Of a stretch of 64,000 bases of DNA, positions 1 through 11,700 are shown one piece after another. This DNA is from Euglena gracilis. Lineage: Eukaryota. The notes beneath the pieces are model-generated. The model searched no databases, had not been told where the DNA came from, and worked only from the letters and a program-made list of their open reading frames with translations. The position numbers and the translations under genes are program-made. Each line of letters begins with the position of its first letter. Positions within the stretch are counted from its first letter, which is position 1. The stretch lies in assembly GCA_039621445.1 (NCBI GenBank), contig CP154954.1, positions 19,392,642 to 19,456,641 of the forward strand, read 5' to 3'.

Positions 1-890
1 TCAATGGGGCGGCGGCCCAAAACGGGGCGCTGGCGGGTCGAAAAACGCTCGTTTTCGGCTCAAAAACAGTTTTTCTGGGTCCGGGAGGCCCAAAAACATC
101 GTTTCGGGCAAAAAAAAAAATTTCGATTTTTTCCGACTTTTTTGGCCGAAAACGGCCAAGTCGAACAGAGGGAAAAGTGTACAAAATGGCCTGAAATGGC
201 CAAATTGGCCAAAAAAACGCCCGTATCTCGGGCTGGGCGGGGAGTTGCGGGGAAACCAAAATCCCAGGAGATATAGAGCGTTCCAAGGGCTTCAATTTAG
301 GTCTCCGGACATTTCCTTTGATTTTGCATCATTTTCGAGAAATTTTGAAAGCATCGATTTTTTGACCCCCCACCCCCCGAAAACGGCTAAGTCGAACAGA
401 GGGAAAAGTGTACAAAACGGCCAGCTGCGCCGAAAACGGCCGTATCTCGGGCTAGGCGAGGAGTTGCGGGGAAATCAAAATACCGGTGGATGGGGCGTTC
501 CAAGGGCTTCAAATTAGGTCTCCGGACATTTCCTTTGATTTGGCTTCATTTTGGAGATATTTTGAAAATTGACATTTTTTTGGCAGTCCAAGGGGGGGGG
601 CTCATCCAGGGGGGCGGGTAAATCCTACCGAGTTTGGACCCCTTCGCGCGTGAATAACTCGGGCCTGGCGGGGAGTTGGGGGTCAAACCCAGGTGATTCG
701 GAAACTAGGAATCCAGTCGCTCGCGACAGAAGAAAAAAAATTCCGGGAACGGGGCCGGGATCATGGTGATAATACGTCGGTTCCCGAGGTGGCCCCGACC
801 CGGGGGGGGGGGGGCGGGGGGGGGGGGGGGGCGAGGGGGGGGTTTCGCCGGTGGTAAGCTTCGCTCTTACCCATAAAGGAATAAGAGCTC
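1..890. repeat. Dispersed repeat family, probably non-autonomous transposon sequence
   Basis: Blocks such as ggcgctggcgggtcgaaaaacgctc, aatt(t)aggtctccggacatttcctttgatt and tttggaccccttcgcgc..gaataactcgggcctggcggggagtt recur at about 57640-59065; the ggacatttcctttgatt block also recurs at 61260-61460. No credible ORF. Confidence 0.7.
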
Positions 891-1177
891 AGCGACCCCC
901 CCCCCCTAACCCCCCCCCCTACCCCGTACCCCCTAACCCCCCCCCCCTAACCCCCCCCTAACCCCCTAACCCCCCCTACCTGCCAACCCCACCAGAAGCA
1001 GAAAAAGACCAAATTTTTTGATGAAAGAGCGGGTCGTATGCAACTGTCCGGCACGGCCGGTGAACTTCACCGCCGAAAGTACCCCCCCCCTCCACCCCGG
1101 TGAATGTTCACCAGTGAACTTCACCGGGGGGGTCCACAGCCCCCCCCCACCCCTGCCTAACCTCCGTTCTGTGTACA

Positions 1178-1621
1178 CAGGGCTGCATAGAGGTAGAGGT
1201 AGAGGTCAAAGGCCTCTACCTCTATGTCAACCACCTCTTCCTCTACCTCTACCTCTATGTCACCTCTATGTCTGTAAAATGTACCAAAATGGCCTCAAAA
1301 AGGGTCATAAAACACTCCATCTGCTCGGAAAATGGCAATTTTGCATGAAAACACATGCAAAAAGGCGAGGGGATGAGAAACAATATGTGGGTTGGTGATT
1401 TTGAAAGTTGTTGGCGCAGTTATGTGACCACATTGAGCAATTCTGAAAACCTTTCATGTATTTCTCCTTTGCTGGCAAAAAAATTCCTTTATTGAGTCAT
1501 TTTCCTTTGGTTTTTGACATAGAGGTGACATAGAGGGATAGAGGAGGTTGGAAAACCTCTACCTCTACCTCTACCTCTACCTCTACCTCTACCTCTATCC
1601 GTCTACCTCTATGCAGCCTTG
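1178..1621. mobile_element. hAT-like MITE with (gaggta)n subterminal repeats
   Basis: TIRs cagggctgcatagagg / cctctatgcagccttg. Flanking direct repeat gtgtaca at 1171-1177 and 1622-1628. Confidence 0.7.
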
Positions 1622-1936
1622 GTGTACAACATGTACTCGGTATGTGCTGAGTCAGGGCTGGATAGAGGTAGAGGTAGAGGTCAAAGTCCTCTACCTCTAT
1701 CTGACCCACGTCTACCTCTACCTCTGGGGGGTCGGCACGCCGTGGCGAGGTATCCGGCTGGGGGGGGGGGGGGTTGGCGGGGCGAGGGTGTCCCGGATGG
1801 GGGGGGAGGGGGGCGCGGGGGTTTGCCAAGAAAATTTTCTTTGCGGGCCTGACATGGCGTGGCGAGGGGGTCTAAAAGGGGGGGGGGGTAAAATGGCGTG
1901 GCGAGGGGGTTGGTGAGGGGGGGGGAGGGGTGTGAG

Positions 1937-2249
1937 TGTACGTCTGATTCCCAATTCTCCTTTCCCAATTCCCAAAAGCCTTCGCTTTCGCCTTGGCGCA
2001 CCTACTTGGGAACTGAAAATCAGAGTAACAGAAAACCCTTTTCCCACTTCCCAAGAAGCAAAGCACGGAGCAATGCAGGGAGGACGGACTGGATAACCAA
2101 GTCCCGGTCCGATGGAAAGGAAGGAAAAGGTATAAAGAAGAATACCACCTGTGGAGAGAGAAGGGGCACCCATTAGGAGATCCTAATAGGATCTGCTTCC
2201 ATCCTAACTTCCTCAACGGAAGGGGACAGAAGCATACGCCTGGTACACA
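1937..2249 (-). repeat. 3' LTR (313 bp)
   Basis: Matches 18158-18469 apart from 2 substitutions and one 1-bp indel seen by eye. On the minus strand it begins TGTGTACC and ends CGTACA. Confidence 0.95.
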
Positions 2250-2260
2250 TCCCCGTCCCA
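2250..2260 (-). promoter_or_regulatory. Polypurine tract (PPT)
   Basis: Minus-strand tgggacgggga directly precedes the 3' LTR. Confidence 0.75.
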
Positions 2261-3076
2261 GGGCTATGCCCGATTTCCCCTTTGGACCAGGCATTCTGGC
2301 CACAGGGATTTCGGACACAGACCTGGTCTGTGGGAGGTGCACCCTGGCGCATCCACAGGGGCCCTTTCCGTCGCACAGGGGTCCACTCAAAGGGGGGGGG
2401 GGGGCGAAAAGGAGGGGACCCAAAAGCCCAAAACGCGCAAAATGGTTTCACCTATTTTGCGGTGGCTTATGGGGTATAGTATATTATAGCCCGCTGGGGA
2501 AAATGGGGCTGGCAGGTTTCCTTGCCAAGCAAACCCATCCACCCAGTTTGGGTGTGCCAAAGGCACTTGGGGTTGGTCCATGGGCATTCCAGGAAAACCC
2601 ATGGGGAGGGTGTGGAAGGAGGGGGGGCACCTGACCAGTCAAACCTGGGCAGGGCGCATGGCCAGTCAAACCTGACCACGCAGAAGGAAAGTCCTACTCT
2701 ACAAAACCAACTGCCGGCGACAGCATTTGCCCCGGGGGGAAAGTAGAGAGGAGTGGGGGGTTGGCTTAGGCCAGAAAAGTTGTGCTGTCTGGCAGCCTTA
2801 AGGCCTCAAACGGCCGAAAAGAAAAGAAAGGGAAAGGAAAAGAGGCCGTCGGCCCTGTGCGCTGCGTGTCGCACGCCCGCGAGAGGGGAGAGGGGAGAGG
2901 GGTGTGCATGCATGCGCACGGAATCCTGCACATGGCAGCATCCCGGTGGGAACTTACTAGCGGCGAATACCGCAAAGGGTCTTCGAAGGGGCTGTTCGGG
3001 CGAATACACAAACAGGGTGTCAGGTGAATACCTGACGAGGGTGCTGAAAGACGCCGCATTGGCGCTGACAGACACC

Positions 3077-6000
3077 TCACCTGCCTTTATTGGCTGGACG
3101 TTCGCGGACCTCACGCCAGTAGTCGTGTTGGGGGTCCCCTAATGGGTCCTCAACCAACTCCAGTTGGCGTGGAGAACGCGGTGGAGCCGATTCACTCCGA
3201 ATGGTGTTGAGCTCCGGATCGTTGACATCAAAGGAAGGGGTCTCCCAGTCCTTGATCCAATTATCCGGCAGCTTCTCCCTGGTACGCTCAGCATGATGCT
3301 GAAGATACCGTTGGAGCTGCTCCCAGAAAATTCTGGGCAGCATCACCGGCCAGATGATGTAATTCATCCGGGGGTGATTTGCAGGCACCTGCGGGGGCAT
3401 CCCCGGGGTCTGCTTGAAGTTGATGTCATACATCCACCTCGCTGTCCGAGCTCTTGCGGTATGGGGCCGTAATACAGCCGCCAACCAACCTCTGAAGTCC
3501 ACCAAATCGTGTTCTTCAGGAGGCCACAGTGGCAAGGCGTATCCGCCATGCTGACGCTTGGAGAACAGGGGGTAAACCTGTGTCTCCCAGTCGCCATCAG
3601 TCCAGAGGTAAGGCATTCTTACCTTGGCGTGTTCCTCGACGGCGAGGCGCATTGCCCCAGCGTCGATCTGGCGGTAGCTTTCTACCTTTCGGAAGTCGGA
3701 GTGCTTCAGGAGGCCTTCCACCTGCTTGTACTCCTTCTTCCACTTCTCCAGTGTCTCCCAGTGCTGGGGGACAATGGTGGTGACTGCTCCATCAGCAGTC
3801 TGCACGAACTTGCCTCCTATACAGTTGATGCACAAGGCAGGGATATCCCTGTCGTGAGCATTCTCACTGTAGGAGTAGTTCAAGCTGTGCTTCCAGGCAT
3901 TCAGGCACTCGCCGCATACGAGCGCCACACAGTTCGGCACATATGCCCTGTGATGGAACCAGGAGGATTGCACCTGCCGCTTGCACACATGCACAAGCGG
4001 TTGGTTATGCCGCACATGGTGGCATACGGTGCACGTCCAGGCAAAGGACGTGCCGTGCTGGAAATCCAACACGCAGTCCTCGCCAAAGTACTGTGCCAGT
4101 ACTCTGGGGGAGCGCCTGTTCCAGAATGTCCAGGTATGTTCCGGGACATAGTGGAAAGGTTCTCCGCGGACGAAGAGGGGCTGAATCCATCGATTCAGTG
4201 ACCCTGTCTGGTGCCTAATAGCAGCCAGTTTCTTCGTCCTCTCTTCCACGGTGCCTAGTCTGGTCAGGATATCCTGGGTCCAGAGCTGGGCATCCGCAGA
4301 CACAGGAGGTGAAGCAGGTTCATCCTGCTCCTCATCCGTCGATCCGGCGGAAGACTGGGCCTGTCGACCACGAGTCTTACCTTTCGGTTTGCTCTGGCCG
4401 TACCCGGACGATGCAACGGCCGAATAGTCGTGCATTGTCGTAGGGCCTTTCGCCTGTCCGCCAGTCTGACCTCCAGCGCCACCTTTCGGTGGTGGTTTCC
4501 CATCACCGCCTTTAGAAGGGGGCTTACAGGGTGCAGCACCCGGTTTGCCTCCTTTCGGCTTCGCACTCCCGGAATCAGGAGGTCACGCCTGCGGCTTACT
4601 CCTGGTATCAGGAGCCGATGGTGCCGGAGTAGACGTTTGCCGTCTGGGCGAAGCGGGCATACTGACCGCTGGGTCGCGCATGACGCTCCGAGGGGTCGGC
4701 AAACGTTCCTGGGGTTGTTCAGCCGGCCGTCGCCGAGCAGGTTCATCCTGTCCGACGAGGCGTGGCACTGTGGTCGTCACCGGAATCGGTGCTTCCACAG
4801 GCGCTGGCACTCCCAGAAACTCTGCCATTGTCCTCGGGACGGCAGGGACCCTGCGCGGTGTCGGTGGTCGTGGGGGTATCTCCTCCACTTCCATTTCGAC
4901 ATCCGGTCTAGGAGGTTGATCCTCCACAACCGCTGGCGCAGGTGCTACAGGAGGTTGATCCTCCGCTGTAGCCGGTGCGACAGATAGCTCTGTCGGCTGG
5001 GGTTCATCCCCTGATGGTGGTTGCACTGCTGCCGGAGATGGGGGTGTGGGGGCACCGACATCTGGTGTCTCCACGACCTCGGCGGCGGAGCTTGATGCTA
5101 CGCCTCCACCTCGTGGCGTGAGTGCAGCAGCCACGGCAGTAATGCCAGTGACCACGGCGCCGAGCACACGGCCTCCTAACGAGGTGCGTGCTGTGGGACT
5201 GGCAGGTTCTTCGAGGATATCCTCGACGACCATACCAGTCACCTCGGCTGGAGGCTCAGCCGTCGGGACAGGCGTTGCAGCCACAGGTATATCCCCTGCA
5301 GGTGCTTCGTCTGGCCGAGGCTGTGCCGGAGCATGCAGAGCAGCGTAGAGGATATCCTCCACGTTCTCACCTTCCTCCTCAGGAAGTTCCTGGTCTCCAC
5401 CTACCGGTGGACAGACGGGAGCCGTCGCGGGGGCCGGGGAAACCGATCGTTCCCCTGCCGCTCGCGGGGCTGAGACGAAGGATACAGCCGTTCCTGTCGG
5501 AGACTGCGGCGCTGCCTCCAGTATGGTGACGGAGGGGCTGCGGTCGCGTTCCTCCCGCCGCGGAATCGCAGTGGTGGAAGCGACTGACGCCTCACGTCTC
5601 CTTCGCGCCAGAGGTTCATCCTCTGGGGCGATGAAGGCGCGCAGATCCTCGGGCGAACGAGGATCGTCGGGGTGCCATCGGCATCCCTGGGCATCCGCCA
5701 GCCTTTAAAAGGCCAGCGTACTGCTACTGGCGCTGTTGGGCCAGGGTGGCGGCCATGATGGCTGCACCCAGGCGTTGGCAGGCCTGTTTGGGCCCAGGAA
5801 GCCGCGGTAACGCATGTCTTCCCAGACCTCGAAAAAGCCCTCCTCGAACTCCTGCACGCATGCCAGAATCGGCATACCCAGGTCGAGGATGGCCTTCGGG
5901 TAAGTCATCAGCTGGAGGAATACCTCCCTGTCGAGGGTACCGCCAAACTGTCGCCTCAAATCTTCCTCCAGGTCTATCCCGGCCAGGTGCCAGTTGGGGC

Positions 6001-8572
6001 GCAGGTCGGCGATAACCCGACGACGACGAGGTCCCTCAACGGGGTCGCCGTAGTCTGGTGGCAAGCTTTCCATACCAGGCCTATCGTCCTGGGGGTCACG
6101 GAGATGTATATACACCTCCATGACGTAGGTGGTCCAGGCACGCCACCAGAACTGTTGCAGCATAAAAATACGCTGCTTATGGACGCGGCGACTTTTGCCC
6201 TGGACATCCGGGGCGTCGCGGCACACATGCATAAGCATGCGGCGTCCCATCTCCAGGCCCGGGTTATCCCGAGGCGGTGGAGGACTTCCGCGCACGCCGA
6301 ATCCCCAGAAGTCGACAGGAAATTCCTGCCGGCAATACTTACAACAGAGGTCATACCTCTGTGGGTAGGCCAGGGAAACGCGCTTAACGCGGAAGGTGGA
6401 GCCGTAATGGCTCACCAGCCACACCTGGAGGTTGTTGCACCACAACACCTCGATCAGGCGTTCGATGTCGGGGTTCAGTGGGTAGTATTTCCACTGCACA
6501 CCGAGGGGCCCGACTGTGTGGATACAGTCGAAGATTGCCTTCAGCCTTCGGGCCAACACATGCTGGTCCCGAAATCCTAACTGGTGCAGGTAACTGCGGC
6601 CAGTGGAGTCGCTGAAGAGACCCCAGTTCTGGAAGGGGTATCCCAGCCAAAACCAGAGTTCCCAGAAACCCGGCTGGGTATCCAGCAAGGGTCTGCCACC
6701 TTCACCTTCGAAGGCGTACAGGTCAATTCCGTAATGGAATTGTCTGACTCTGTTCTCGGTGTGGTGTAATACCACCTCGATGACTGCTTCCGGAGGGGTG
6801 ACGGGGCGGTTTCCTGCAACATGGTAATCATGCTGCATTCGCCAGCCTTCGTCCTCCAGCTCCTCCTTGAACCTGAGCATTTGCTCAAAGTCCGAGAGGA
6901 CTTCTGCTGGTTCTTCCTCCTCCTCACGGGCTGTACCCTTACCCTTGCCCTCACCCTTACCTTTGCCGGCCACGCCTTTGCCTTCTCCCTTGCCTTTGCC
7001 CTCAGCCTTACCTTTGTCCTTCCCTGTCTGGCGAATACCAGAGGGTCGGGCGCTCGGTGCGGCAGGAGTCGGTTCGGTACCTTCCCATTCCATCTCTGGG
7101 GAGGGACCTTGCCGTTCCTCTGCACGTCGCGGTGACGGCGTGGCTGGGCGCTGGCTAGGAGCCTGGCGTGGGCTTGGTTTCGGCGTAGGGGGTCGCGACT
7201 CCTTCCATACCGGAGGGATCGGCGGTGGCATTGCGGCAACACGACGGCTCATCGCTGCCTGTGCCACTGCCGGTGGTTGCCCAGCCGGGGTATCCTGGCT
7301 GGCTTCCACCTGCATTGCCGCACCGCCTTCCGCGTCCCGTGGGCTGGGTCGCCTGGGCTGTGGGGTAAGGTTCTCCGTAACCCTATCGCGCTTCAGGGTG
7401 GCAGGTAATCCTGCCGCTCCCGCCGGGGGCTCACCGGGTAATACCGGGGTCGCCACCCGCAGCTGCGGTTGGTACGGATGGTACGGAGTGTATCCACGGC
7501 CCTGAAGGGCGGCCAGCGAGGAGTAATACCTCGCCCGGTGCTCTTCAGACGTGAATACTGGCTCCTGCAGGAAATGCCGAGCAAGCTCATCCTGCTCGGT
7601 TCCCGGAGGTGCCATGTGGTAGTAAGGAACCTCCTGCCGACGCGGGACATCCCCGGGTTGGACAGGAGGTGCACTGGGTGGTCGGGCTGCCGCATGGTGG
7701 GGAGGTTCATCCTCCACCACTATGGGCTCCACCTGCCGCCGTGGCTCAACGCCCGGGACAGGGGCGACCGGTGATGCCTGTGGCATCCAGTGCGTGAACA
7801 TGTGTTGGACGTATGCCTCAGGGGGCACGTCCGACTGTCCGGCTGGGAGTACGCGTGCGCCGCGCGGGTAATCCGCGTGCGTCGCGTACTGCGAGACGAA
7901 TTGCTCTGCTGGCGGCTCGCGCGGCGGCATTCGCTGCGGCGAGGGCGGGCGAGCAAAAATTCTCGTCATCCCAGGTGGGACATGCACAGCCTCACCTACC
8001 GGTGGGGGCGTGTGCTCACGCATATGCACGGTGTGGGATGCCACCGGCGTCTGCGTCTGCAGCATGGGCGGCACATACACGCCCAGGTCCATCATGGTCT
8101 CGCCGGGTTCGAATCCGGAATCGGCTGCGGACGAGAAGTACCGTCTCCCCGTCATCAGGGCTTGACCGCAGGGACACCACTGAGCCACAGGGGTGTTGGC
8201 TACCACCAACAACTGAGCACAGTATGCATCCCAAAGGGCTTGCATAAAGGGCTCCGTTGGGGGGTGTGCGCACATACGCATCGCCCGCTCCAACGTCTCC
8301 GTAGTGCGGAAGATCATCTCTCCCGCATACGGGGGCAGGCGCGATCTGCGCTGCGCTGGTGGCTGAGGTGCCGGCTGCTGGACGGCAGATGGATCTGGTA
8401 CCGCATATGCGGACCGGCTGCTGGTAGCCGCGGCGAATACCGGGGCTGAAACCCTCTCAGCATGTGGGGCACCCGGAATCGGGGCCTCAGCATACTGAGG
8501 GTACTGGGGGTATGGCGCGCCAGAAGGCTGCGGCCATGGTGGACCTGGTCCAGGTCCGCGCCCAGGCAGCAT
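3077..8572 (-). pseudogene. Accessory ORF of the chromovirus (~1830 codons, two in-frame stops); Pro-rich low complexity with Cys/His clusters; function unknown
   Basis: Track ORFs 5705-8746, 4583-5362 and 3077-4435 share one frame. I translated the gaps: they are open apart from TAA at 5705-5707 and TGA at 4583-4585. The likely start is the ATG at 8572 (MLPGRGPG). Confidence 0.75.
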
Positions 8573-8765
8573 GATGCTACCCGAACGACGACAACAACTA
8601 AGGGTAACCTTGTTGTTAGTCGCTTTGAGTGCTGTGGCACTGAAAAAGGAAACTTCTATCTTAATCAAAACTCTGCGAGAAAGATAGAGAAATAATGAAG
8701 TGCAGGGGGGGTATAAACGCGAAACATTCACATAAAACACACACATTCTCCAAAACGAAATCGTT

Positions 8766-10470
8766 TCAGAAAGTGTTTATGTTTATGTCTATGTTATTGC
8801 GCTTGTTCCACAGCTTCCAATCCTGTTGGACATATCCAACAAAACTGGATGCTGGCTCCCAAGTGTCCTCCTCTGGCCCATACCCTTTCCAGCGAACTTT
8901 CCAGTAGTGCACACCCCTGTCGACCTTGTGGTCTATTATCTTATCGACCACAAAGTCGTCCGTTTCAGGTAATCTGGAACGGGGCTTGAAATATAGGCAG
9001 GGGATAGCTTTTCCGTCTGGGGGGCTTAGGTACGGTTTGAAGTCGTCCATATGGACGTCCTCAATCCCGTTGGGCAAGGCAACTTTATATCGCCCGCTAC
9101 TACCTAACCTCTCCAAAATTTCGCATGGGCCGAGCCAAAGAGGATCTAGCTTGGAAGATTGCATGCGGGTGCGGTTATTCCGTACCCACACGCGGTCACC
9201 TGGACTATACACAGGTGTGTTGAAGTTCTGCAAAAACGATTTCCGTTTGTTGGAATGAATTTCTGTGATACGTGATTGGACTGCAGAGCGGAGTGATTCC
9301 ACTTCTGCAAACCACGTTTCACAGCTGACGCTACTTCGGGCGGGTCTCTCCGAGGGGATATCCCCTATGGCCGGAGGGTCTCGTCCGAAAACAATTTTGT
9401 ACGGTGAGTGTGGTAATACCAACCCTGGCAAGGTATTGATGTAAAATAAACACCAATGAAGAACGGATAACCAATTCTTACCCGAGTCAGCCAGTGAAAG
9501 GCGAAGCATATTGACAACGGATTTCACGGCTGCCTCGGCTCTACCATTGCCTTTCGGGCGGTATATAATGGAAAAATGCTGCTCAATGCCGAGTAAACCG
9601 CACAAAGTTGTGAAAAACCGCGAAGAGATCAAGTGATCTTGATCACTCACGATTTCGTTCGGTAAACCCATTAAGCAGATGCATTTCTCCAGGAATATGG
9701 ATGCCAAAATTTGGGCTGTCAACCCTGCTTTCCGGCATGGAATGGCTACTATGTACCCACTCAGCCGACAGACGACAACAAAAACGTAATCGTAAATTTT
9801 GTCATCTGATCCTTTGCAAGGTTCAAGTTCGAGAAAATCCATGCAGAGGGATGTAAAAATGTCAGGTGGTACGGGGAAAAAGTCCATCGTACCAGGGGGG
9901 GTACCTCTGCGCGGTTTCACAGCCTGACAAATTTGGCACCGTTGCGAAATTCGCAAACAGCGCGAATATAAATCTTTTTCACTCAGGGTTGTGCAATATC
10001 TGCGACCCACAAGTGAAAGAAGTTTGGGGGCCCCAGGGTGACCATGGCTGTGATAGCTCAAAATCACATCATCAACCAGGTCTTGGGGTATACAATATTT
10101 ATAACCAGAATCATTCCGGAAAATAAGCCGCAATGGTGATAGAGAGTAATTCTCTATGGATTCACCATTACGAAGTCTATTCACAATGGTACTATATATA
10201 GGGTCACGCGAATAATCCCATTCGCGGAAAAATAGGGGGGTAGGAGTTTCCGTACGCGTAATGCGACGGGGTCCGGCAGTGCGTCCACGCCGGCGCCTTC
10301 CACGCAATGGTGAAATGGCGATGCTGCGATACACCCGGGAAACCGGTAGTGAATCGAGCATGTTGTCCGCAGCGTCGGATCGACGTGCGAACTGGTCAGC
10401 CTCATGGCTGCCATGAAAAGTCGCATCACCCTCATCCGGGTTCCCAGGATAATACCAGGGGGCTCGGCTG
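8766..10470 (-). CDS. pol: Integrase with C-terminal chromodomain (pol, frameshifted from RNase H)
   Basis: HHCC (HSHGHPG...CQICQ), DDE core (CMDFL, IVSDQD, NGRAE), GPY/F-like WLGPCEI, and chromodomain [10 protein letters not shown]...[17 protein letters not shown]. Removing 2 bp in the ctctctc tract near 10470 gives ADPLSR and joins it to RNase H. Confidence 0.93.
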
Positions 10471-11700
10471 AGAGAGGATCCGCAACTTTTTGCGTATGAC
10501 CTGGGGTATAAACTACCACCAGGTTAAACTGGCTCAAGAACTCATGCCATCGGCATCTTCTGCCAACTGATGACATGGCCTTGTTCAGGTCCTCGGTATA
10601 CCAGTGTTGAAGGCTCTCATGATCCGTCAACACTAGTATCTGGACCAAGCTGCTGGCTATCCAGCTGCGGAACTTCTGGAGAATTAGCACAATGGCATAT
10701 GTCTCCTTTTCGCGAATGCTCCATTTAACCTGTCCTTTCCCGTTGTCGCCCTGTAGCTTCCTGCTAAAGAAAGCCACAGGTCGGAGTTCATTCGCCGCAT
10801 TATGCTGGCTAAGAACCCCGCCAACAGCGTAATCGCTGCTGTCGACCTCCAGGACATACGGTTTGTATGGATCCGCGATATCGAGAACCACGTTCTCGAG
10901 GAGCAAGTCCTTGATTTTATTCAAGGCCTCGCGCATTTGGTCATCCCAAATGACTTTTGCGTTATCGGGTGTCCGATTTTTGAGTTGTCGGGTTAGGGGT
11001 ACCGCGATTTTCGCGAAATCTTTCATGTAAATCGCGTAGTATTGGGCTAATCCCAAAAATCCCTTTAAATGCGTTAAGGTCTTAATGACCTCAGGAGTCC
11101 ATTTCTTAATGGCCTCCATCTTACTGGGTGCGGCTTTACGCTGCCCGTTGCTCAGGATGTGTCCGCAAAACTTAATAATTTTGCGAAACAGGTGCATTTT
11201 GGAACCCTTCACAAAAAGCACATGCTTTTGGAACGCGGATAATACCGCGCGCACATCGCGATAATGCGGGTCGAGGATATCCTCGCCCGATTTCGCGGAT
11301 GGCGGTTGGGGTCCCACCAGTACATCATCGATGTACACCAGAGCAAACGGTAAATCGCGCAAAACCCACTGGATCATGCGTTGAAACATGGCTGGGCCAT
11401 TCTTAACACCCATGGGGAGTACCGTCCATTGGTACACACCCTTGGATGTCACGAATGCCGTGTACGGTTGCGAATCAGGATGCAAATGCATCTGATGGAA
11501 ACCGTCTTCCAGATCAAAGATTGACCACAACCGGTTATCCGATTGTTTGGTGATCAAATCCTCGATCAGCGGTAACGGGAAGGGGTCATCCTTCGTTTGG
11601 GAGTTCAGGTACCGGTAATCCAGCACCAGTCTCCACTTCTTCTGACCAGACTGGTCAGCGGGTTTGGGCACCACTCGCTCTTGATGTCCACTCGCTCTTG
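10470..11700 (-). CDS. pol: Reverse transcriptase + RNase H (pol)
   Basis: [32 protein letters not shown]; RNase [27 protein letters not shown]. Confidence 0.95.

Noticed and set aside
3164-8449. Plus-strand ORFs overlapping the accessory ORF
   Set aside because: They are antisense shadows of a GC-rich coding frame with no recognisable motifs.
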